DNA from: an uncultured cyanobacterium
GTDB lineage: Bacteria > Cyanobacteriota > Cyanobacteriia > Cyanobacteriales > CAWUOF01
Assembly (NCBI GenBank): GCA_963744145.1
Contig: CAVUSO010000001.1
Span: forward strand, 7,328,001-7,392,000
DNA: 64,000 bases
Direction: 5' to 3'
Position 1 is the first letter of the stretch, and the number at the start of each line of letters is the position of its first letter. The notes beneath the pieces are model-generated. The model was not told the DNA's origin and did not search any database. It saw nothing but the letters and a program-made list of their open reading frames with translations. The translations under genes were made by a program, and so were the position numbers. Positions 50,426-61,397 of the stretch are shown piece by piece.

Positions 50426-52351
50426 GTGCAATGGATGATGATGGATGATAAACGTCGTGAAGCTGATCTTAATCTGATCCAAGCACTACTCAGTAGTTCG
50501 AGTGGTGACATACCTGATTTGCTAAAGACCAACCAAGATTTGATTGATATTGGTTTGTTGCAAACAATGGAACAGATTGCGGTAATTTTAGATGAAAGGG
50601 TAGATGGCAATCAGGCGGTTTTTTTAAGAAATATCGCTGCCCAACTAGCGGCCCAAGTTGGTTTAGTCCTACCCAATACCCGTGAAAGTGACTCAAGCTT
50701 TGCTTTAGCACCAACTTTCTTAGCGAAAGTCTTACAAGTTACCTTAGAAAGTAATGGCGATCGCGAAGTAATCTATAACCACTTGATTGAAAATTTAAAC
50801 CAAATTGATGAGCAATTGGCCCAAAAGTTGCGAGCTTGGGGTATGGCTACTCTGCGGGAAATTAGAGCAGAAGAAGCCCAGTCAGTGACCAAAGTGGTGG
50901 GGAATTTTAGCAATCGGATTCGGGATTTTCCGCTCGGAGATATTGCTAGTAACTTGGAAATCGCGATCGCTGGTTATGAAGTAGTAGCAACTATATATAC
51001 TCGGGAAAATTTTCCCATCCAGTGGGCTACTAATCAAAATAATCTGGGCATAGCTTATTGTCAACGAATCAAGGGCGATCGACAAGAAAATTTAGAAATG
51101 GCAATTCGCTGTTATCAAAGAGCTTTACTGATTAGAACTAGCAGCGTTTTTCCCGCTCAATGGGCCAAAACACAAAATAATCTGGGGTTAGCTTACCTCG
51201 AACGTGAACAAGGAAATCGTTCGGAAAATATAGAAATAGCCATTAGGTGTTATGAAAGTGTCTTACAAATCCGCACCCATGAACTTGTACCCTGGGAATG
51301 GGCTATGACCCAAAATTATTTAGGGATAGCTTATTTGCAACGTTTACAAGGAAATCGGGCAGAAAATGTGGAAATGGCAATCAAATGTCTGAATCATGCA
51401 CTGACCGTCTATACCATTGTCAATGCGCCCGAAAATTGGGCCACTAGCCAAAGTCATTTAGCTAATGCTTATTTAGAGCGTAGAACAGGAGATCGGGGAG
51501 CTAATTTGGAGCAAGGAATCGTTTGTATTCACAATGCTTTGAAAATTTATAACATGAGAGCTTTTCCCCAGGATTGGGCGAATTGTCAAAAGTTATTAGC
51601 GACCATGTATATATATCGTCACCAAGGTAAGCATTCTGATAATTGGGAAACAGCGATCGCTTGTTACGAAAATGCTTTACAAGTTTATACTTTAGAAAAA
51701 TTTCCCCAACAATGGGCAGGAATCCAAACTAAGTTAGCAGCACTCTATCGTCAGCGTCATCGTGGTCATCGGGTGGAAAACTTGGAAAAAGCGATCGCTT
51801 ACTATCAAGCAACTTTACAGGTTTATAACTACGAAAAATTTCCCCAACAGTGGGCAAAAGTTCAAAATCATCTGGGCACTACTTATATTTATCGCATTCA
51901 TGGTGATCGTTCTCGCAATTTCCAACTAGCGATCGCCGCTTATGAAAAAGCCTTGACGATCTATACTCTCACTACATTTCCTCAAGATTATGCTCAAACT
52001 TTATTTAATTTGGGATTAGTTTATAAAAAAGCCAAACAGTTTCAGTCAGCCTATAATGCTTTAGAATCAGCGATCGCGGCTGTGGAATTTCTCCGTGAGC
52101 AAATCAGCTCTAATCAGTCAGCTCAACAAAAATTAAGTAGAAGGTATGCTAAACTCTATCGTTATATGGTGGAAGTTTGTTTGGAATTGCGGAAAAATCA
52201 GCCCCAGTATTATGTCAAAGCGATTGAATATACTCAACTTAGTCAAGATTCAAAATTGAAACAACTTTTGGATGCTTCTAATAATGTTGATCATACTGCG
52301 ATTACTGGTGATCTAATTATTAAAATGCCTACTCCTGATTCTTTAGTCTAG
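50426..52351 (+). CDS. TPR-repeat protein (WAxTQNNLG type) without a CHAT domain
   Basis: About 9 repeats of WA.TQNNLG.AY..R..G.R.EN.E.AI..Y; start may be a downstream ATG. Confidence 0.85.
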   Translation: MQWMMMDDKRREADLNLIQALLSSSSGDIPDLLKTNQDLIDIGLLQTMEQIAVILDERVDGNQAVFLRNIAAQLAAQVGLVLPNTRESDSSFALAPTFLAKVLQVTLESNGDREVIYNHLIENLNQIDEQLAQKLRAWGMATLREIRAEEAQSVTKVVGNFSNRIRDFPLGDIASNLEIAIAGYEVVATIYTRENFPIQWATNQNNLGIAYCQRIKGDRQENLEMAIRCYQRALLIRTSSVFPAQWAKTQNNLGLAYLEREQGNRSENIEIAIRCYESVLQIRTHELVPWEWAMTQNYLGIAYLQRLQGNRAENVEMAIKCLNHALTVYTIVNAPENWATSQSHLANAYLERRTGDRGANLEQGIVCIHNALKIYNMRAFPQDWANCQKLLATMYIYRHQGKHSDNWETAIACYENALQVYTLEKFPQQWAGIQTKLAALYRQRHRGHRVENLEKAIAYYQATLQVYNYEKFPQQWAKVQNHLGTTYIYRIHGDRSRNFQLAIAAYEKALTIYTLTTFPQDYAQTLFNLGLVYKKAKQFQSAYNALESAIAAVEFLREQISSNQSAQQKLSRRYAKLYRYMVEVCLELRKNQPQYYVKAIEYTQLSQDSKLKQLLDASNNVDHTAITGDLIIKMPTPDSLV

Positions 52352-53259
52352 TCAATATTAATCCCTAATGCTTGCAAGCGATCGCGCAATTTTTGTTGTT
52401 GTTGACGTTCGATTTCTAAAGCTGCGATCGCATTAGCTCTTTCCGATTCAGCAAGTAAAGCTTTTTGACGTTCGATTTCCTTTGCTTGTCGCTCTTGTTC
52501 TAAGATAGCTTGAGTTTGTTCTAAATTAGCTTGAGTTTGTTCCAAATCAGCTTGAGTTTGTTCCAAATCAGCTTGAGTTTGTTCTAAATTAGCTTGGGCA
52601 ACTTCAGCTTTTTCTGTACCCAATAAAATCAAATTCCCCTCACGGTCATAAAATCTAGCCCAAGTAGCACTTTCCTTTAAAATTGTTCCTGTCCATGTCC
52701 CTAACCATAACTCCAAGACTTCACACCATAACCAACCCCTGTCATCGGGCACCATTTCCTGATAAATTCCATTTAACCCTAAATACCATCCCTGTAATGA
52801 TTCTGGTTGGAACGGGTCATACAGAAAATAATTTCTCGTCCGAAAGGTTTGTTCGTAAATTTTCTTCTTCTCGTTTTTGTCTTGATTGGCGGTAGTTGGT
52901 GAGATTAATTCTACAATCACATCAGGATAACGTCCTTGTTCTTCCCACAAGATCCAACTTTTCCTTTCTTTAGTCCCATCCACATCTAAGACCACAAAGA
53001 AATCAGGTCCACGAAAATCCTGACTTTTGACCTGTTTACTACTAAAATAAATAAACATATTGCCACCAGCAAAATAGTCATTTCGTCCTAAATTAGCTTG
53101 ATGGACAGCTTCAATCAACGCATTCATAGCGATCCGATGACGATTACTTTCCAAGGGTTCTCCGTCGTCATAAATTAAGTCTGTTGGGGGTAAAGGGATG
53201 AGCGAATCTGGTGCTACCAAATTTGATAAGGATTCTTCTTGGATCAGGTTGGTAGACAT
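52348..53259 (-). CDS. Uma2-family endonuclease with coiled-coil tail
   Basis: DDGEPLES, RGPDFFVV, PDVIVELIS; heptad repeats QADLEQT. Confidence 0.9.
   Translation of the reverse strand: MSTNLIQEESLSNLVAPDSLIPLPPTDLIYDDGEPLESNRHRIAMNALIEAVHQANLGRNDYFAGGNMFIYFSSKQVKSQDFRGPDFFVVLDVDGTKERKSWILWEEQGRYPDVIVELISPTTANQDKNEKKKIYEQTFRTRNYFLYDPFQPESLQGWYLGLNGIYQEMVPDDRGWLWCEVLELWLGTWTGTILKESATWARFYDREGNLILLGTEKAEVAQANLEQTQADLEQTQADLEQTQANLEQTQAILEQERQAKEIERQKALLAESERANAIAALEIERQQQQKLRDRLQALGINID
52507..52596 (-). repeat. 21-bp tandem repeat (~4 copies) encoding heptads
   Basis: AGCTTGAGTTTGTTC(C/T)AAAT(C/T) units. Confidence 0.85.
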
Positions 53260-53445
53260 ATTTTAATATATCACTTATGGGATTATCAACATTTTATCAT
53301 AAAAAAAACTTGGTAAGTGGGAAACGAGCGCGGCATTGGCGATCGCTCCCTAATATCCCAGTCTGAAAAACCTTTTCTGAGTTTCCCCTGTTTCGACGGT
53401 TGTGGGGGTTCTATAATGAAATTCAACCAAAGCAACTAGATTACT

Positions 53446-53838
53446 ATGGAAATTTCAATACAAGAACAAGTATCAGCATTGAGAGAACGAGTTAGCCAGG
53501 ATGAGACGGAATTTGGGAAAAGAACCAATATTTTACTTGATGAAATCCTCGTACTTCAGGCAGAAAATTCTTCCTTTGACAAGAAGTTAGACAGCCTTAC
53601 TGAAAGAATGGATTCCCTCACTGAACGAGTAGATTCCTTAGCATATAGCCAGCAGCAATTGACAGCTACTGTCACAAGCTTGTCCGGATTAATGATGGAA
53701 TTAGCGCAACGCAATATCGCATTAGCACAACGGGATAACGAATTAGCACAACGCAGTGCAGAAGATCGAGCCGAGATCAGACGCATCTGGGAATATTTAC
53801 AACTGCAACAGAGAAACCAAGGCAATGGACAAGGTTAA
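53446..53838 (+). CDS. Coiled-coil hypothetical protein
   Basis: DSLTER and LAQR heptads; C-terminal EIRRIWEYL. Confidence 0.75.
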   Translation: MEISIQEQVSALRERVSQDETEFGKRTNILLDEILVLQAENSSFDKKLDSLTERMDSLTERVDSLAYSQQQLTATVTSLSGLMMELAQRNIALAQRDNELAQRSAEDRAEIRRIWEYLQLQQRNQGNGQG

Positions 53839-53929
53839 CAAAACTAATCAACCGGATTCAATCGCTGTAATTATTTATAGCTAAAGTTTTCAAGCTTTAT
53901 ATCTGTTTGATTAGTATTTGAAAGGTTCA

Positions 53930-54598
53930 TTAAGGGTGAATTTGACTCAAAACGACTCGCAAACGATCGTAATCATCCTTCAGCAACATATTTAGCGATC
54001 GCCCAGCTTTGACTAACCAATGACGATCAGCTTTCCGTAATTGATAAACTTCCCGAATTGCCGCTGCGGTTAACGCTTCTACAGGTGCTCCCATGACTTG
54101 GAGTAAAGTCCGGAGAAAATCGAACTGTTCAGTAAAGTAGATTACCTCTTCTATTTCACACTGATAAACAGCTTGATGAATTTGGGGAGGACGGGGGGGA
54201 ATATATTGATACACCTTACCGGGCATATTTTTAGCACCATTCTGATGAGACTGAGGTTGTTGAAAGCCTACAATTGCTGCTCGAAACTCAGTTTTTAACA
54301 TCGCAAAAATTTGCGGTTGCTGCGATCGCAATTCTGACAATGATAACCCTAATGCTCGGGCTCGATGAACTGAATCGATTGGTGCAGTAGTAGCAGCATA
54401 AACTACCGCATACACTTGATTACCTGATTCTTCATCAACAGCTTTCACCCAACTACCAAAAGGTGGCATAATGGGAAAACTTAAGTCTGCTGGTTCTAAA
54501 CACTGCGCTAAAAATTCTGTTGTTGCCGTTTCAATTACTTCCCCAATATGATGAGGATGACGATTTCCAGCAGTAAACTGGGGTAAGGGTAAACGCAT
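53930..54598 (-). CDS. HAS-barrel domain protein
   Basis: MRLPLPQF, PPFGSWVK, PIDSVHRARALG, LLKDDYDRL. Confidence 0.82.
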   Translation of the reverse strand: MRLPLPQFTAGNRHPHHIGEVIETATTEFLAQCLEPADLSFPIMPPFGSWVKAVDEESGNQVYAVVYAATTAPIDSVHRARALGLSLSELRSQQPQIFAMLKTEFRAAIVGFQQPQSHQNGAKNMPGKVYQYIPPRPPQIHQAVYQCEIEEVIYFTEQFDFLRTLLQVMGAPVEALTAAAIREVYQLRKADRHWLVKAGRSLNMLLKDDYDRLRVVLSQIHP

Positions 54599-54661
54599 AA
54601 TCTTGTTACTAAAAATAATCACTTGAGGTCATTGATCAGTAATCAATCAATGACCAAAATC

Positions 54662-54859
54662 CTATTTAGCCTTTTTGCGACCAGCGGTAGCATCAACGAC
54701 TTCTAACTCCGTTAAGCGGAAAGTTACCAATTTATCCCAGTTACCACCTTCAAAAAGTACAGCAACTTTACCATCACTAACTCGTTGAACTTGACCTTGA
54801 AAACGATAATAAGTATCGCTGGGATTCTTTACACGAACTGCGGCTCCTGGTAAAATCAT
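54662..54859 (-). CDS. ndhS: NDH-1 subunit NdhS
   Basis: ILPGAAVRV...[24 protein letters not shown]. Confidence 0.93.
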   Translation of the reverse strand: MILPGAAVRVKNPSDTYYRFQGQVQRVSDGKVAVLFEGGNWDKLVTFRLTELEVVDATAGRKKAK

Positions 54860-54938
54860 AATTCCTGCCAATGGTAGTAAAAAACAATTATTTTGGGCTG
54901 ATCAATCAAATTATAATTGATCATCACCAATCCCACTC

Positions 54939-56193
54939 CTAAAACTTTAAGCGACGATAATTAGATACTGATTCGACTAGACCGATCGCCAAAAAATTAG
55001 TTAACATGGCCGAACGTCCATAACTGAGCCAGGGGAGCGGAATCCCTGTAATGGGGGCAATTCCGATTGTCATGCCAATATTAACGAGCATTTGAAAGAC
55101 AATCATCGAAAGAACACCAATCGCTAACAGAGAACCAAAATTATCGCGGGAGTTTTGGGCAATAATCACTAATCTTAAACAAATCAACCAAAAAGTAACC
55201 AGGACTAATAAACAGCCAATAAAGCCTAACTCTTCACCGATCGCGGAAAAAATAAAATCTGTATGTTGTTCCGGAATGAAGTTGAGTTGAGTTTGAGTAC
55301 CTTGATTGAGTCCCCGTCCCCAAATTTCCCCAGCTCCGATCGCAATCCGGGACTGAATTAAGTGATATCCAGCCCCTAATGGGTCTTTATCGGGGTTCAG
55401 AAACATAATCAAACGGTCTTTTTGATAATCTTTTAACAATCCCCAGAGAATATCACCCAACTTACCACAGATGACATTGACCGCGATCGCACCCAACCCA
55501 CCCAACCAGGGCCAAGGGAGGGTACGCCAAGCAATGAATCCCATGATCGGGACCCAGAAAAACCAGATGTGCATAAATCCGCTATAGAGAATCGCGGATA
55601 CAAAAGGAGAAATCAACAATAACAACCAGCCCGGATTAGCACCAGCCCAATAGAGCATCCCAAAAGTAATCGCTCCGAATACCAAAGAAGTGCCTAGATT
55701 TGGCTGTAAAAATACTAAAACCCAGGTAACCGAGGTAACCGAAAGAGCTTTAATTACGACCCGAATACTAGAAGCACTTTCCCCATGTAATAAAGCGGCA
55801 AGTGTAATAATCACTCCGAGCTTGGCAAATTCTGAGGGCTGAACGTGAAAACCAGCAATATTAATCCAACGCTCTGCTCCATTGGCACTCGTCCCAATGA
55901 ACATCACCGCAATCAAAGAAATATTAATAAATCCATAGATGATCCATTTCCACTGAATCAAGATATCGTAACGCCAGACGGGCAATGAGCATTACTAACA
56001 ACACACCAATCCCACCCAAAATCCAATGGGGCCACCAATCAATTTGGTTGCGGTGTAATTCGGTACTGCGAATCATCACCCCACCAAAAAAGGTCAGACC
56101 AGTAGTTAGGGCTAATAGGGGCCAATCTAGCTCTTGCCAGGGTTGTAACCAATATCGGAAACGAAATCGGTTGAAGGGCTTTTCCACAAACAT
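54939..56193 (-). CDS. rodA: Rod shape-determining protein RodA with an apparent +1 frameshift at ~55977
   Basis: QPSEFAK, QPNLGT, GYHLIQSRIAIG, PEQHTDFIF, LPWLSYG. The two ORFs join as LIAR|WRYDIL if one base is removed. Confidence 0.88.
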
Positions 56194-56230
56194 ATTTACA
56201 AAATTAGAGAAAAAGAAGTTAGTTGGAAAT

Positions 56231-57301
56231 TTAAGTCAAAGCAGCGATCGAGACTTGAGCAGCAATCCGAGCAGCGATCGCACTCAATGCTCGGGCTGAA
56301 GCTGACTCGGGAGCGGATACCACGATCGGGATACCCTGATCACCCCCAGCGCGGACAGGAATTTCGAGAGGAATACAACCTAATAAAGGGATTTCTAATT
56401 CAGTAGCAGTTTTTGCACCACCACCTGAGCCAAAAATGTCATATTGGCGATCGGGTAAATCGGGGGGGATAAAATAACTCATATTTTCAACAATGCCCAA
56501 GATCGATACTCCTAATTGCTGAAACATTTTCAAACCTTTGCGAGCATCTAAGAGAGCAACGGACTGAGGTGTAGTGACAATGACCACTCCTGACATTGGT
56601 ACTGATTGAGCTAGGGTTAATTGGGCATCACCAGTACCAGGGGGCATATCAACAATGAGATAATCTAGTTCTCCCCACTGGACTTGGTAGAGAAATTGAC
56701 GAATGATTCCATTTAGCATCGGACCGCGCCAAATTACAGGTTGATCTGGGTCAATTAAAAAAGCCATAGAGACTAGCTTGACACCATAATTAAAAGCAGG
56801 CTCTAATACCTGTCCCTGGGGAGATGAGTGGACAGTAATTTGGGCATTGGTCAGACCCAGCATCGCTGGGGCATTTGGGCCGTAAATATCGGCATCAATT
56901 AAACCAACTTTGGCACCGGTTTGGGCGATCGCTACAGCCACATTCACAGCTACCGTACTTTTGCCCACACCACCTTTCCCACTAGAAATGGCCAGAATAT
57001 TTTTAATTCCCGGAATTCCGGATCGATCTGGCAATTCTTTTTGAGTCGGTGTTTCGGCAGTCACCTTGACGAAAACATTCTTCACACCTGGTAAAGTTTT
57101 CACAGCACGTTGACAGTCTTCCACAATAAATTCTTTTAAGGGACAGGCTGGTGTAGTCAGGACTAAAGTCAGACTGACATCACCTGAGTCGATGCTAATA
57201 TTACGAATCATATTCAATTCCACTAGGCTTTTGTGCAGTTCCGGATCTTGCACTGGTCTTAATATTTCTAAAATTGCACTGGGATCAAGCTGATTGGACA
57301 T
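56231..57301 (-). CDS. apbC: Mrp/NBP35 Fe-S cluster carrier ATPase
   Basis: TTPACP, SGKGGVGKST, DADIYGP, DMPPGTGD. Confidence 0.93.
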   Translation of the reverse strand: MSNQLDPSAILEILRPVQDPELHKSLVELNMIRNISIDSGDVSLTLVLTTPACPLKEFIVEDCQRAVKTLPGVKNVFVKVTAETPTQKELPDRSGIPGIKNILAISSGKGGVGKSTVAVNVAVAIAQTGAKVGLIDADIYGPNAPAMLGLTNAQITVHSSPQGQVLEPAFNYGVKLVSMAFLIDPDQPVIWRGPMLNGIIRQFLYQVQWGELDYLIVDMPPGTGDAQLTLAQSVPMSGVVIVTTPQSVALLDARKGLKMFQQLGVSILGIVENMSYFIPPDLPDRQYDIFGSGGGAKTATELEIPLLGCIPLEIPVRAGGDQGIPIVVSAPESASARALSAIAARIAAQVSIAALT

Positions 57302-57536
57302 AAGATTAAGCTCCAAATTTTAGTTTTGGGGGTAAAAAATTCTTAATGGATCTTAACCTGAGTGTCTACATTTATTAGTTGAGTTTTACCGGTTGTAGTA
57401 GTCTGGAAGCATGGGTGCAAATTTAGTTGGCTGAGAATCTTTGATTCTCAAAATCTCAAAGGCTAGGTTTTGACTGATATATTTTCCGCAAAACTAGGTT
57501 ATATATTTGCAGGAAGAACATACACAAGTAAAAATT

Positions 57537-58562
57537 ATGACGGCTTCATCAATTTCCGAGGTAATTACTACCAATCCGTTACCCGCTCAGGACTCTAAGG
57601 TGAGAGTGAGTGAGTTCATGCGCCAAGTACAAGATGAAATTTGTCAAGGACTAGAACAACTAGACGGAAGTGGTAAATTTAAAGAAGACAGTTGGGATCG
57701 TCCCGAAGGGGGTGGTGGTCGTTCACGGTTGATGCGCGATGGTAATGTATTTGAGCAAGGTGGGGTGAATTTTTCCGAAGTTTGGGGAGAACAATTGCCC
57801 CCATCGATCTTAGTCCAACGTCCAGAAGCGGCGGGTCATGGATTTTATGCCACCGGGACTTCGATGGTGTTGCATCCCCGTAATCCTTATATTCCCACGG
57901 TTCACCTCAATTATCGCTATTTTGAAGCTGGTCCAGTATGGTGGTTTGGCGGTGGTGCTGATTTAACACCTTATTACCCTTATGCTGAAGATGCGATCCA
58001 TTTCCATCGTACCCTTAAAGAAGCTTGCGATCGCCACCATCATGAATATTATCCAGTATTCAAACGCTGGTGCGATGAATATTTTTATTTGAAACATCGA
58101 CAAGAAGCACGGGGAATCGGGGGTCTCTTTTTTGACTACCAAGATGGTCAAAGCCAATTATATCGCGGTCCAGATCAACATGGTGCGGCGGCTACCTATA
58201 GTCAGCAAATCCAAAACCTCCCAGTCCGCAGTTGGGAAGATTTGTTTGCGTTTATCCAAGAATGTGGTCGGGCATTTTTACCGGCTTACGCTCCGATTGT
58301 CGAACAACGTCGTACTCTTGAGTATGGCGATCGGGAACGTCAATTCCAACTATATAGACGCGGACGCTATGTGGAATTTAACCTAGTCTACGATCGAGGC
58401 ACCATCTTTGGTCTGCAAACCAATGGACGCACAGAAGCAATTCTGATGTCGTTACCTCCCTTGGTACGTTGGGAATATTGTTATCAGCCAGAACCCCATA
58501 CCCATGAAGCCCAACTCTATGAAACTTTTCTCAAACCGCAAAATTGGGCCGATTCCGAATAG
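57537..58562 (+). CDS. hemF: Oxygen-dependent coproporphyrinogen III oxidase
   Basis: [43 protein letters not shown]. Confidence 0.97.
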   Translation: MTASSISEVITTNPLPAQDSKVRVSEFMRQVQDEICQGLEQLDGSGKFKEDSWDRPEGGGGRSRLMRDGNVFEQGGVNFSEVWGEQLPPSILVQRPEAAGHGFYATGTSMVLHPRNPYIPTVHLNYRYFEAGPVWWFGGGADLTPYYPYAEDAIHFHRTLKEACDRHHHEYYPVFKRWCDEYFYLKHRQEARGIGGLFFDYQDGQSQLYRGPDQHGAAATYSQQIQNLPVRSWEDLFAFIQECGRAFLPAYAPIVEQRRTLEYGDRERQFQLYRRGRYVEFNLVYDRGTIFGLQTNGRTEAILMSLPPLVRWEYCYQPEPHTHEAQLYETFLKPQNWADSE

Positions 58563-58819
58563 GCTTGTGCAATGTCTAAGTTAAACTACTGGAAGTAAGC
58601 AAATAATTAAAGGGTGATAATTTGTTTGTAGCCTGTCGAAAATTAAATTAGTCTCGACAGTCGCCCTCACAGGTTAGCCCATTGACCCATATTCACTGGA
58701 GACATCATCCTTAGATATCACCAGACAATTACCAAAGATGTGATTGTCTCAAATTACTAGGGTTGAGGGCCGGTGCAAACTTTGTTGTAAAGATTAACAA
58801 TTTTTGAGGGAGAGGATCA

Positions 58820-59191
58820 GTGATCCACATCGAGCAGAAAACCCACACGACTCAGGATGGCAACACCGTAATTGTCTTGGCACCTACCGGACGCTTAGAT
58901 ATTACCACCGCTTGGCAATTTCGTTTAAAGTTACAGGAGTGCATTTCCAAACTCAGTCGCCATGTAGTGGTGAATTTGGGCCAAGTTAATTTTATCGATA
59001 GTTCTGGTCTCACATCTCTAGTAGCAGGAATGCGAGATGCAGACAAGGTTAAAGGCAGTTTCCGTATATGTAACGTTCATCCAGAAGCCAGATTGGTGTT
59101 TGAAGTCACAATGATGGATTCTGTGTTTGAAATTTTTGAAACAGAACAAGATGCACTAGAGGGTGTGCCCCGCAGCACTATGGCCAGCTAA
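58820..59191 (+). CDS. STAS-domain anti-sigma factor antagonist
   Basis: GRLDITTA, VNFIDSSGLTSLV. Confidence 0.92.
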   Translation: MIHIEQKTHTTQDGNTVIVLAPTGRLDITTAWQFRLKLQECISKLSRHVVVNLGQVNFIDSSGLTSLVAGMRDADKVKGSFRICNVHPEARLVFEVTMMDSVFEIFETEQDALEGVPRSTMAS

Positions 59192-59459
59192 ATTTAGCTT
59201 GATGCTCTTGACATTCCCACCCCGACTGGGGATGGGATTTGCCAAAGTTTTTGAGTTTAAATATCGGCAAATTGGGAATTGACTGGTTCAATTAGATTGT
59301 CATGTCCGTTGCTACCGGTCATGGCTTCTTGTTTCATGGACTGAAAATAACGGGGATTACTAATCAAGCATGAGTGATGAAGTGATAATTGATCTGTGAT
59401 CTTGGCAAACTTGACTTTAAAGGAGACAATGGGATCAAGTCGCCCTCAGTGTCTATCCA

Positions 59460-60209
59460 GTGAATAACGTTCGTACTGTATCCGATACTAAACGAGCTTT
59501 CTATACCCATCACACTCGCCCGATTAACTCAGTTTATCGCCGGGTCGTGGAAGAGTTGATGGTAGAAATGCATCTGCTTTCAGTCAATATCGATTTTCGC
59601 TATGACCCCATTTATGCCCTCGGTGTGGTCTCCTGCTTTGACAAGTTCATGCAGGGCTATACTCCAGAACGAGATAAAGACTCGATCTTTAAAGCCCTAA
59701 CTCAGGCTTTAGGGGAAGATTGTCAAAAGTATCGACAGGATGCTCAACGATTGCAAGTAGTGGCTAATCAACTTGCAGGTCAAGATTTAGTGGCAGCTCT
59801 GTCACAAAAAGAATTTGTTGATGGTGCGGTCGATTTACGCGAAATTATCTCCGGGATTGCTAATAATCCACGATTTAAATATAGTCGTCTATTGGCAATT
59901 GGTCTTTTTACTTTGTTAGAATTAGCAGAACCGGAATTTGTCAAAGATGAAAAACAGTTGCTAGAAACGTTCAAGCAAATTTCTGAGGTGTTAAATCTCT
60001 CTGTAGATAAAATCCAAAAAGACCTCGAATTGTATCGTAGTAATTTAGAAAAAATGCTTCAAGCCCGCATTGTACTGGAAGATACAATGCAAGCAGAACG
60101 AAAAAAACGCCAACAACGTGACAACGAGAAAGATGCAGTAGCGCATTCTGCTAGTGATGTTACTGAATCAACCCCAATGTCAGATCCTGCTCAGGAACAA
60201 GATCCTTGA
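59460..60209 (+). CDS. psb29: Photosystem II biogenesis protein Psb29/Thf1
   Basis: RTVSDTKRAFY, YRRVVEELMVEMHLL, KYSRLLAIGL, KDLELYRSNLEK. Confidence 0.95.
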   Translation: MNNVRTVSDTKRAFYTHHTRPINSVYRRVVEELMVEMHLLSVNIDFRYDPIYALGVVSCFDKFMQGYTPERDKDSIFKALTQALGEDCQKYRQDAQRLQVVANQLAGQDLVAALSQKEFVDGAVDLREIISGIANNPRFKYSRLLAIGLFTLLELAEPEFVKDEKQLLETFKQISEVLNLSVDKIQKDLELYRSNLEKMLQARIVLEDTMQAERKKRQQRDNEKDAVAHSASDVTESTPMSDPAQEQDP

Positions 60210-60543
60210 TGTGATTAGCTAGATCCCGAAAAGTCGTCATTGTTGCTGGGATGATGATCTGTCTAACATTGGTGCCCGAGGACAATAATTCAGGAGAAAA
60301 AAATGTTCATGAAGTAAAATTAGCGTGATTGCAGTTTTTCTTACATTGTGGAAATAACTGCAATCAATCAGGATCTGATTCACTGATATTTATGGTCATT
60401 AGTAGTCGGAGAAAAGTAAAATTAATCAACCGTCGAGAAAACAATTTACTGATTTCTCAACTCCAATCATCAGCAGCAAATGTAGTTAATATTTAGAATT
60501 ATTGATTTGTAGGTTTAAGTTTTAAAGTCTGTGGGAGTCGGTT

Positions 60544-61368
60544 GTGGTTAGTGATAAAATTCTAATTATCGATGACAGCATTGTGATTCGGATGAGTTTC
60601 CGACAAATGTTACCTCTGGGTAACTTAGAAATTTTGGAAGCTAAGGATGGTAATGAAGGACTTAATCTAATTTATCAACAACAGGTAAGTTTGATTATGT
60701 TAGATTGGATTATGCCCCGGATGAGTGGTTGGGACTTGTTTCAGAAAATTCAGCTTGAACCAAAGTTTCGAGGGATTCCCTTAGTGGTAATGTGTGGTAG
60801 ACGAGAAGAGGTAACTGAAAAAATTGCCGAGCCTTTTGAAAATTTTGAATTTCTGGAAAAACCGTTTAATCACAATACTTTGGTGTCCGCGATCGCTAGA
60901 GCTTTTGCTAAAGTTAATCTTCCTTGTTGGTTACAGGAAAAAGAACTGGTTACACCAGGGTCTGATGAACCGACAAATTTAAACTCCTTCACATCTGATC
61001 AGGTCGTGATTGGTAATCAAAATCCACTCACGGAAAATTCTGGGGTAATGGAGTCTTTAGCGAAAATTAAACTAAATTTAGAAAGTCCCAATGCGGAACA
61101 AAGGATTCCAGCGATTAGGTCAGCATTAAAATATGGTCCTGATGGGTTAGATTTAGCAATTCATGCTTTAAAAAATGAATCGGAAGAGATCAAAATTGCG
61201 ATTTTAGAACAGGCACATAATTATGGTGAAGAAGGGATAGAATTATTAATGCAAGCATTAAGAGATCGATCGGAACAGATCCAACAAACTGCGTTTTGGT
61301 TACTTTGGGATCGGACCGATCCTGGAGTAACTGAGGCATTAATTAATTTTTTAGCTAATAAACGGTAG
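60544..61368 (+). CDS. Response regulator receiver fused to HEAT-like repeats
   Basis: ILIIDDS, LDWIMP, EKPF; C-terminal ALKYG/AHNYG...ALRDRSEQIQ repeats. Confidence 0.8.
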   Translation: MVSDKILIIDDSIVIRMSFRQMLPLGNLEILEAKDGNEGLNLIYQQQVSLIMLDWIMPRMSGWDLFQKIQLEPKFRGIPLVVMCGRREEVTEKIAEPFENFEFLEKPFNHNTLVSAIARAFAKVNLPCWLQEKELVTPGSDEPTNLNSFTSDQVVIGNQNPLTENSGVMESLAKIKLNLESPNAEQRIPAIRSALKYGPDGLDLAIHALKNESEEIKIAILEQAHNYGEEGIELLMQALRDRSEQIQQTAFWLLWDRTDPGVTEALINFLANKR

Positions 61369-61397
61369 AATTGACAAAAAACTGCAAGAGTTAACCA

